A stretch of DNA of 32,000 nucleotides from positions 450,001 to 482,000 of the forward strand of contig JBDSDX010000001.1 in assembly GCA_039920285.1 (NCBI GenBank). Direction: 5' to 3'. The translations under genes were made by a program, and so were the position numbers. This DNA comes from Candidatus Saccharimonadota bacterium. Its GTDB lineage: Bacteria; Patescibacteriota; Saccharimonadia; Saccharimonadales; Saccharimonadaceae. The notes beneath the pieces are model-generated. The model was not told where the DNA came from. It did no database searches and worked only from the letters and a program-made list of their open reading frames with translations. Every line of letters starts with the position of its first letter. Position 1 is the stretch's first letter. This document shows, piece after piece, positions 25,412 to 32,000 of the stretch.

Positions 25412-27363
25412 TGGCTAATAAATTTTTACGTGACCTGCTTGATGCTGAAGAGCCTATCTTTTCAACTGCAATTGGACAACTTGAACTCGATAGCGGACGT
25501 CCATCTGCAGACACGAAGCTCATCGGTGATATAACGCAAATGGCTGCTGAGAATATGCAGCAAATGGGTCTCAATCCTGCGACAGCAACCGGCGAAGAAG
25601 TCTATCAAGCCTTACAGGCGCGTGTCGAGGAAGATATTAAGCGTTTGACGAAAGTCATCGGAGCGAAAGATACTGATACAGTTCGCGAATTAGTGCCACC
25701 GATGATCGCCGCTGCAAATAAAGTAAAATTCAACCGTAAGGTATTTGTCCTTAAGCGCGAAAAAGCGAAAGAAATGCTGCGACAAATGCCACCTCAGGCG
25801 TTGATGGATAAACTCGGCTACACAGACGTCGAAGCAATGTTCGCTGGCGAAGATTTTGATGAGATTTACACCGCACTCCGTTTCTCAGAAGGTGCTGAAT
25901 GGCTCAACAAGTACGACGAACTCTTTAGTAAGGTCACAGCAAGTGACTACGAAGAGCGTGATATTCGTATTATCGAAATGGACCACGATAAGTATGTTGA
26001 TTTAGCCGAGCACTTTGTACAAAAGAAACTTCATAATGTGACTCACACAAAAGAAATGGGCACGATTGTTGTTGTGCCGATGCATGTGAGGACAATGCGT
26101 GGTCTTGTCCTAAAGACTTTACCCCTCCTACTGCACTATATGAATGAAGTGAAGCTTTATTCAACATTCTTTAAGTTAAAAAGCTCCAAACCACACTTCG
26201 GTCGCACTGTCATGGAGACATTAATTGCTGATCCTGGAAATGCGAGCCAAATGGCAGGCACAAAGATTCACTGGCGTGTCATTCAACGGTATCTTGGTAG
26301 GCACAAAGAAGATTCTGTCGATAAGATCGCGTTTGAGCCACACGTTCAGCCAGAAGATCTCCACTGGCGTCGAGCTGAAGATCTCCTCTATCAAATTGAC
26401 CCAGAACTTAAGTTTTGGAAAAACCGCGATTACGTTGGCATTAACTACGATAACTTCCCAGTCGCCTTTAACTTATTTGATGTGAGTTTTGCTTATTCAA
26501 ATAAAGAGCCCTATAAGGGTCGGTATGCATATCACTTCAGAGAAAGCCTTTGGAATGAGATATTCTCGCGCTACATGGGCTATAAAAACCTCGAGAAACA
26601 AGTACTTGAGCAACTTGATAACGATATGATCGCCCCGGAACGTTTGACGGTTCCAAAAACACGCCATAATGTCCCTGCACTAAAACGAGAGAATGCGAAG
26701 CATAATCTACTGGTTCGTCAGCGTCTGATTGATGCGGCTGAGGGTCGTCTTGATGGTGTGGTTGAAGAATTTGAAAGCGTCTTTGAAAAACTCGGTCATT
26801 ACGATAAGACAGTGACTGTCTTCGGGTCGGCGCGTAAACCACAAGATGATGAAGTGACAATCACTGCCTATGCAGTCGCTCATCGTCTCGCAAAAGAAGG
26901 GTATGCAGTCGTAACAGGTGGCGGACATGGTGTGATGGAAGCATCTAACCGTGGTGCATATGATGCGGGTGGGGATTCAATCGGTTTGAATATATTACTT
27001 CCGAGCGAGCAGACATTAAACGAATATACGACTGACAATTTCCAATTTTCACACTTTTTCGGTCGAAAAGTTGCTATGACGCTTGATGCCAGCGCTTACA
27101 TTTATATGCCGGGTGGTTTTGGTACTTTTGATGAATTATTTGAGATTTTAGCACTTGAACAAACCGGAAAGATTCCAAGAGCACCGGTCATTTTAGTAGG
27201 TTCTGATTTTTGGAAACCAGTCGACAAGCTGATTCGTGATCTTTTGATGCATGAATATCATACGATTTCTTCTGAAGATCATCAACTCTATGTTATCTTA
27301 GATGACCACGACGAGATTGTGGCTCATATTGATGCGTACGAGAAGAAACTGAACCACAAATAG
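25411..27363 (+). CDS. Fusion protein: unrecognised ~455-aa N-terminal domain plus a C-terminal LOG/TIGR00730-family (nucleotide 5'-monophosphate N-glycosidase-like) domain
   Basis: This is a single uninterrupted 650-aa ORF. The C-terminal ~175 aa carry VTVFGSARK, VVTGGGHGVMEASNRGA, LLPSEQ and PGGFGTFDELFE (27109-27144). The N-terminal part matches no family I recognise. The start shares an A with the PfkB stop codon (TAATG at 25409-25413). Confidence 0.85.
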   Translation: MANKFLRDLLDAEEPIFSTAIGQLELDSGRPSADTKLIGDITQMAAENMQQMGLNPATATGEEVYQALQARVEEDIKRLTKVIGAKDTDTVRELVPPMIAAANKVKFNRKVFVLKREKAKEMLRQMPPQALMDKLGYTDVEAMFAGEDFDEIYTALRFSEGAEWLNKYDELFSKVTASDYEERDIRIIEMDHDKYVDLAEHFVQKKLHNVTHTKEMGTIVVVPMHVRTMRGLVLKTLPLLLHYMNEVKLYSTFFKLKSSKPHFGRTVMETLIADPGNASQMAGTKIHWRVIQRYLGRHKEDSVDKIAFEPHVQPEDLHWRRAEDLLYQIDPELKFWKNRDYVGINYDNFPVAFNLFDVSFAYSNKEPYKGRYAYHFRESLWNEIFSRYMGYKNLEKQVLEQLDNDMIAPERLTVPKTRHNVPALKRENAKHNLLVRQRLIDAAEGRLDGVVEEFESVFEKLGHYDKTVTVFGSARKPQDDEVTITAYAVAHRLAKEGYAVVTGGGHGVMEASNRGAYDAGGDSIGLNILLPSEQTLNEYTTDNFQFSHFFGRKVAMTLDASAYIYMPGGFGTFDELFEILALEQTGKIPRAPVILVGSDFWKPVDKLIRDLLMHEYHTISSEDHQLYVILDDHDEIVAHIDAYEKKLNHK

Positions 27364-27434
27364 TACAGCGATACTTTACTTTTAGAGTCATCGCAATTAT
27401 GCTTAGAAGAACGTAAATCTGCGAGGGATGAACA

Positions 27435-28025
27435 ATGGCAAAGGGACAGAATAGAACCGGCTTAATCGTCACGATTGTTGTGCTCGGTCTCACATTGGCT
27501 ATCGTGAGCACGATAGTGATTCTTAATGGATTAAATAAACCCAAGGTAGAAGAAACAACCTCTAAAACAGATTCCTCGAAAACTGAACCAACGACGACAA
27601 CCACCGATTCGGACAAGGGCGCGACAACGACACCAGCGACAACCAAGCCGGCACCCTCTGTTGACCCGTCGACACTCAGTTCTATTGACGTTGATCCTCT
27701 GAAAATTACCGTCTTCTATACAAAAGGGGCTGGAGCCCTTGAATATAGTGTAAAAAGAACTGCTGATCGGACACAGTATGTTGAATTTTCAGCTCCAGGG
27801 CTTGTCGGTACAAAATGTACTGATGATGCAGGGGTTTTTGCATCGATTATTGAAAATCCTGCATCGACTGAAGACAACACTAGCATCGTTCAAAAAACCA
27901 CTGCTGGCGATAAAACATACGGACTGACACTCGCCGGAACAAACTGTGCTAACGACCAAGAATTACTTGCAACATATCAAACAGCTTTCAAAAATGGATT
28001 TAGTTCACTGAAGGTTATGGAATAG
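27435..28025 (+). CDS. Hypothetical membrane-anchored extracellular protein with a Thr-rich linker
   Basis: A single N-terminal TM helix (GLIVTIVVLGLTLAIVSTIVIL) is followed by a T/S/P-rich linker and a ~120-aa domain with two Cys residues. GAGGGA lies 6 nt upstream of the ATG. Confidence 0.6.
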   Translation: MAKGQNRTGLIVTIVVLGLTLAIVSTIVILNGLNKPKVEETTSKTDSSKTEPTTTTTDSDKGATTTPATTKPAPSVDPSTLSSIDVDPLKITVFYTKGAGALEYSVKRTADRTQYVEFSAPGLVGTKCTDDAGVFASIIENPASTEDNTSIVQKTTAGDKTYGLTLAGTNCANDQELLATYQTAFKNGFSSLKVME

Positions 28026-28062
28026 TCCTTTAACTCTCTAGTTACAGATCGGTGAAAAATAG

Positions 28063-28068
28063 TATACT
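28063..28068 (+). promoter_or_regulatory. -10 box TATACT 8 nt upstream of the uvrB ATG 28077
   Basis: The sequence is agTATACTaagaggtaATG. Confidence 0.4.
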
Positions 28069-28076
28069 AAGAGGTA

Positions 28077-30047
28077 ATGGATGAGACGTTTCATTTAACT
28101 TCTCCGTATAAACCGACGGGAGATCAACCGACTGCAATTGCGAGTCTTATTGAGGGACTTGAAAAAGGCGAGAAAGAACAAACGCTTCTTGGGGTAACAG
28201 GAAGTGGTAAAACGTTCACGATGGCGAATATTATTGCCAATCGTCAAGTACCAACCTTAGTGTTGGCACACAATAAAACGTTGGCGGCTCAGTTGTATAG
28301 TGAGTTCAAAGCTTTTTTTCCCGAGAATGAAGTCCATTACTTCGTCAGTTACTTCGATTACTACCAGCCTGAAGCGTATATCGCCAGTAGTGACACCTAT
28401 ATCGAAAAAGACAGTAAGATCAATGATGAGATCGATCGTCTGCGACACGCTGCGACGACTGCGCTCTTGACGCGTCGTGACACGATCATTGTCGCCAGTG
28501 TGAGTTGTATTTATGGTATTGGATCGCCAGATGATTACTCGACAATGTCAATCACGGTTGTCAAAGGCGAGCGCCGTCAACAAGACAAATTTATTCGTCT
28601 TCTTACTGATATCCAGTATCAGCGAAATGATATCGATTTTCACCGGGGTACTTTCCGTGTGCGCGGTGACATTGTCGATGTTTTTCCAGCGGGAAGTGAC
28701 GTGGCGTATCGTATTGAATTTTATGGTGACGAAGTTGAACGTCTGACGCGCATTGATCCTTTGACCGGCGAAATTTTGGGTGAGCCAAACGAGACCACTA
28801 TTTTTCCGAGTAGTCACTACGTCACTCCACGTCAGAAACTCGACCACGCACTCGAAGGTATCAAAAAAGAATTTGAAGAACGTATGGAATTCTTTGAGAA
28901 ACACGATAAGCTTCTTGAGGCTCAGCGTCTTGGTCAACGAACCAAGTATGATATCGAAATGATGGAAGAAACAGGATTTGTGAAGGGGATCGAGAATTAT
29001 AGTCGTTACCTGACCAATCGTGAACCTGGTGAGCAGCCTGCGACACTCCTTGATTATTTCCCTGATGACTTTTTGCTTTTGGTTGATGAAAGCCACATGA
29101 CACTTCCACAGGTTCGCGGTATGTACAACGGTGATCGCGCACGGAAGGAAGTGCTGGTGGAGCATGGTTTCCGTATGCCAAGCGCACTCGATAACCGACC
29201 GTTAACGTTCGATGAATTTAACCGCCATATGAATCAAGCGATTTATGTGTCGGCAACACCTGCGGAATATGAGTTGTCACACAGCCCAGAACCAGCCCAG
29301 CAAATCATTCGCCCAACTGGATTGATTGATCCTGAGATTATTATTCGTCCGACAACTGGTCAGATTGACGATTTAATTGCCGAGATTCGTGAACGAGTTG
29401 CGAAAAGCCAACGCGTGCTGGTCACGACACTCACGAAACGTATGGCCGAAGACCTCACGACATACTTGCAGGAACTCGATATTAAGACCGCGTATATTCA
29501 CAGTGAAGTCGATACATTGGAGCGCGGTGACATTCTGAACGACCTACGATCGGGTGTTTATGACGTCTTGGTTGGTATTAACTTGCTTCGAGAAGGACTT
29601 GATTTGCCTGAAGTGAGTCTCGTCGCGATTATCGACGCAGATAAAGAAGGTTTCCTCCGTAGCACCAGTGCGTTGATTCAAAATATTGGTCGTGCCGCCC
29701 GTCACCTCGATGGCAAGGTATTGATGTATGCTGACCGGACAACTGATTCTATGAAACGAGCGATTGATGAAACCAACCGTCGTCGTGAGATTCAGACAGC
29801 TTACAATACTGAGCACAACATCACCCCAGTGAGCGTTGCGAAGGAACTGAGTGAAGGACTTCGTTCGATCATTCCGAAGAAAGCCGACCAGACACCAAAA
29901 CTTGATCTCCGTAAAGTACCAAAGGATGAATACGCAAGTCTTGTTAAAGAGTTATCGGGTCAAATGGAACTTGCAAGCGCGAATTTGGAGTTTGAAAAAG
30001 CTGCCGAGCTCCGCGATATCATCGCTGATATAAAGGCGAAAATGTAA
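28077..30047 (+). CDS. uvrB: Excinuclease ABC subunit B
   Basis: The Walker A motif [12 protein letters not shown], the helicase motifs ([15 protein letters not shown]) and the C-terminal UVR domain ([18 protein letters not shown]) are present. Confidence 0.98.
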   Translation: MDETFHLTSPYKPTGDQPTAIASLIEGLEKGEKEQTLLGVTGSGKTFTMANIIANRQVPTLVLAHNKTLAAQLYSEFKAFFPENEVHYFVSYFDYYQPEAYIASSDTYIEKDSKINDEIDRLRHAATTALLTRRDTIIVASVSCIYGIGSPDDYSTMSITVVKGERRQQDKFIRLLTDIQYQRNDIDFHRGTFRVRGDIVDVFPAGSDVAYRIEFYGDEVERLTRIDPLTGEILGEPNETTIFPSSHYVTPRQKLDHALEGIKKEFEERMEFFEKHDKLLEAQRLGQRTKYDIEMMEETGFVKGIENYSRYLTNREPGEQPATLLDYFPDDFLLLVDESHMTLPQVRGMYNGDRARKEVLVEHGFRMPSALDNRPLTFDEFNRHMNQAIYVSATPAEYELSHSPEPAQQIIRPTGLIDPEIIIRPTTGQIDDLIAEIRERVAKSQRVLVTTLTKRMAEDLTTYLQELDIKTAYIHSEVDTLERGDILNDLRSGVYDVLVGINLLREGLDLPEVSLVAIIDADKEGFLRSTSALIQNIGRAARHLDGKVLMYADRTTDSMKRAIDETNRRREIQTAYNTEHNITPVSVAKELSEGLRSIIPKKADQTPKLDLRKVPKDEYASLVKELSGQMELASANLEFEKAAELRDIIADIKAKM

Positions 30048-30067
30048 ATGACCTCTGATTTTTACGG

Positions 30068-30073
30068 TATAAT
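30068..30073 (+). promoter_or_regulatory. -10 box TATAAT 9 nt upstream of the gatC ATG 30083
   Basis: The sequence is cggTATAATggagcgtatATG. Confidence 0.4.
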
Positions 30074-30082
30074 GGAGCGTAT

Positions 30083-30373
30083 ATGACACAGATCTCTAGT
30101 GACGATGTGCACTATTTGGCACAGCTGAGCAACTTGCAACTTTCCAGCGATGAATCAAGCGCCTTGCAAGTTGATCTTGAAAACATTGTTGAATATATTC
30201 AACAACTGTCAGAACTTGACACCACTGGTGTAGAGCCAACGTATCAAGTGACTGATCTTGAGAGTGTCTGGCGTGAAGACGTTGTCGATACGTATGGACT
30301 AGGCCGCGACGAACTACTCGCTCTTGCTCCAGCGAGTGAAGCGAAGCAAATTAAGGTTCCAAAGGTACTCTAA
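30083..30373 (+). CDS. gatC: Asp-tRNA(Asn)/Glu-tRNA(Gln) amidotransferase subunit C
   Basis: The 96-aa protein has the typical VHYLAQLSNLQLSSDE ... DTTGVEPT pattern and lies directly upstream of gatA. Confidence 0.93.
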   Translation: MTQISSDDVHYLAQLSNLQLSSDESSALQVDLENIVEYIQQLSELDTTGVEPTYQVTDLESVWREDVVDTYGLGRDELLALAPASEAKQIKVPKVL

Positions 30374-30374
30374 T

Positions 30375-31742
30375 ATGAGTATTATTAAAGATTTTATTGG
30401 TCAGTCTGCGCGCGCGAATGTCGAAGCCGCATTGGCGAAGGCACATGAAAACGAATCGTTCCATGCCTTACTGAGTCTGACGGAGGAGCGTGCACTTGAA
30501 CGAGCTGATGCGGTTGACCGAGGAGAAATAACCGGACGACTTGCTGGTGTGCCATTTATTGCAAAAGACAATTTCTTAACACTTGGCGGCACAACCACAG
30601 CTGCAAGTACATTCCTTGAAGACTTCCATGCACCACTTCAGGCGACGGCTATTGAAAAACTTGAAGCTGAAGGCGCGATCATGATCGGTAAAGCGAACCT
30701 CGATGCATTTGCGCACGGAGGAAGCACTGAAAACTCTGCATTTGGTCCCACAAAGAATGCTATCGACCAGGAACGTGTCGCTGGAGGAAGTAGCGGAGGT
30801 TCAGCGGTTGTTGTTGCATTGAATATTGTCCCATTTGCACTCGGAACTGATACGGGTGGTTCGATCCGACAACCAGCCAGCTTCAACGGGGTTGTTGGCG
30901 TCAAACCTACTTATGGAACAGTGAGTCGATATGGTGTTGTCGCAATGGCAAGTAGTACAGATACGATCGGCGTTCTCTCTAGCTCTGTCGAAGACGCCGA
31001 GCTCGTCATGTCAATTATGAGTGGCCGTGACAAAAAAGACATGACCACCTTACCTGATTTCTTTATTCCGTCATCTGATGAAACGTCTCTGCGTATTGGT
31101 ATTATTAAAGAATCAATGACTGACGATGTCGATAGTGATGTTCGTGAGATAACGAATAGTTATATTGAGAAACTGAAGTTAGCCGGGCATACCGTTGAAG
31201 AAGTGAGCTTGCCTCTTCTTAAGTATGCATTGGGTATTTATTATGTCGTTGTTCCAGCTGAAGTGAGTAGTAACCTGGGTCGTTATGACGGCGTCCGGTA
31301 TGGTAAGCGAGCCGAAGCAACGTCGCTATCTGACCTCTATGGACGATCACGCGATCAAGGCTTCATGACGGAAAATAAACGTCGCATCATGATCGGAAGT
31401 TATGTGTTATCGAGCGGCTTCTTTGACGCCTACTATCTCCAGGCGCAAAAAGCGCGAACACTTTTGATTAATGACTTTAATAGTTTATTTGAAAATTTTG
31501 ATGTGTTGTTGAGTCCAACCACACCAACTCCTGCCTTCAAACTTGGCGAAAATACGAATGATCCCGTCAAAATGTACTTGGCGGATGTGATGACAGTGCC
31601 GGCGAGTCTTGCGGGACTTCCTGCGGTTAACGTTCCTGCTGGTAAGAGCCATTCAGGACTTCCGATTGGTGTACAGCTTGTTGGGCAACGACGAAGCGAT
31701 AGTCGTTTATTGGCTTTGGCAAAACAAATGGAGAACAAGTAA
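30375..31742 (+). CDS. gatA: Asp-tRNA(Asn)/Glu-tRNA(Gln) amidotransferase subunit A
   Basis: The amidase signature GGSSGGSAVVVA ... GTDTGGSIRQPASFNGVVGVKPTYG is present. I prefer ATG 30375, 1 nt after the gatC stop, to the ORF-track start at 30324, which overlaps gatC. Confidence 0.95.
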   Translation: MSIIKDFIGQSARANVEAALAKAHENESFHALLSLTEERALERADAVDRGEITGRLAGVPFIAKDNFLTLGGTTTAASTFLEDFHAPLQATAIEKLEAEGAIMIGKANLDAFAHGGSTENSAFGPTKNAIDQERVAGGSSGGSAVVVALNIVPFALGTDTGGSIRQPASFNGVVGVKPTYGTVSRYGVVAMASSTDTIGVLSSSVEDAELVMSIMSGRDKKDMTTLPDFFIPSSDETSLRIGIIKESMTDDVDSDVREITNSYIEKLKLAGHTVEEVSLPLLKYALGIYYVVVPAEVSSNLGRYDGVRYGKRAEATSLSDLYGRSRDQGFMTENKRRIMIGSYVLSSGFFDAYYLQAQKARTLLINDFNSLFENFDVLLSPTTPTPAFKLGENTNDPVKMYLADVMTVPASLAGLPAVNVPAGKSHSGLPIGVQLVGQRRSDSRLLALAKQMENK

Positions 31743-32000
31743 TGGATCAAAATCTTTCAATCATTTTCTTTTTTGCAGCAGTATTGATATTTGGTGGGCT
31801 CTTATTCGCGGTTATTGCACTCACGAAAAAAGGTCCTAAAACACTCGATGTTGAGAAATACCGCAGTCGGTGGCTATCGATTGAGACATCATTGAAAAAA
31901 GATGAAACGAGCAGCTATCCAATGAGTGTTATGAACGCAGATAAATTACTCGATCAAGCACTACAAGACCGCGGCGTTAACGGTAAAACGATGGCTGAAA
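31742..32000 (+). CDS. Hypothetical membrane-anchored protein, 3'-partial
   Basis: The frame is open from ATG 31742, which overlaps the gatA stop (TAATG), to the right edge of the window (MDQNLSIIFFFAAVLIFGGLLFAVIALTKKGPKTLDVEKYRSRW...). It has one N-terminal TM helix. It is not gatB. Confidence 0.5.
   Translation, partial: MDQNLSIIFFFAAVLIFGGLLFAVIALTKKGPKTLDVEKYRSRWLSIETSLKKDETSSYPMSVMNADKLLDQALQDRGVNGKTMAE

Noticed and set aside
27371-27397. An imperfect hairpin (GCGATACT...AGTCATCGC) after the LOG-fusion gene, as a possible terminator.
   Set aside because: The stem is bulged, the loop is 10 nt and no T-tract follows, so it is not convincing.
28548-29165. A 205-aa ORF on the minus strand inside uvrB. 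Similar antisense or off-frame ORFs occur at 9410-9745, 10627-11021, 19311-19670, 22570-22863 and 23864-24253.
   Set aside because: All lie wholly within strongly supported conserved genes on the other strand or in another frame. Their translations are low-complexity or compositionally odd with no recognisable motifs, so they are shadow ORFs.
1-32000. Possible alternative genetic code (UGA or UAG reassignment), as in some candidate-phylum bacteria.
   Set aside because: Under the standard code every conserved gene here is full length. TGA ends the kinase, PAP2, pheS and tktN genes at the expected lengths, and TAG ends about ten genes. The single in-frame TAG, in the FMN reductase, is treated as a local event.
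1-32000. A search for CRISPR repeats, tandem repeats, IS elements, integrases, tRNA or rRNA genes.
   Set aside because: Intergenic regions are all 122 nt or shorter, except 2864-3167. None shows repeat periodicity, cloverleaf-compatible sequence or transposase-like ORFs.

Overview
The window is a very gene-dense stretch (about 38 CDSs, over 90% coding) of a small, streamlined bacterial chromosome. It uses the standard genetic code: TGA, TAG and TAA all end well-conserved genes. I saw no rRNA, tRNA, CRISPR array, transposase or integrase. Most of the content is housekeeping: pheS-pheT, trxB, ppa, a Rel-type (p)ppGpp enzyme, uvrB, gatC-gatA and rmuC. There is also a contiguous central-carbon block, gap-rpiB-rpe-tktN-tktC-fba, followed by tal and a PfkB kinase. 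Many small membrane-anchored proteins are interspersed. The gene content, split transketolase, overlapping genes and surface-protein repertoire fit a reduced-genome monoderm-like lineage such as Patescibacteria/Saccharibacteria, but that assignment is inference only. I found no clear novel multi-gene system such as a defence island. The items most worth a second look are: (1) a 650-aa protein that fuses an unrecognisable ~455-aa N-terminal domain to a LOG-type nucleotide N-glycosidase, start/stop-coupled to the PfkB kinase beside the pentose-phosphate genes; (2) an FMN reductase cut by an in-frame TAG, with the family's C-terminal helix continuing in frame after it; (3) a pilin-like ectodomain on a DUF4190 two-TM anchor instead of a prepilin leader; (4) a ~2.2-kb low-GC segment carrying an intramembrane-sensing two-component system, divergent from a PAP2 phosphatase and with a possible gene remnant at its edge; (5) TATACT/TATAAT boxes 6-11 nt upstream of many start codons, suggesting leaderless mRNAs; (6) a Rel enzyme that ends shortly after its TGS domain.
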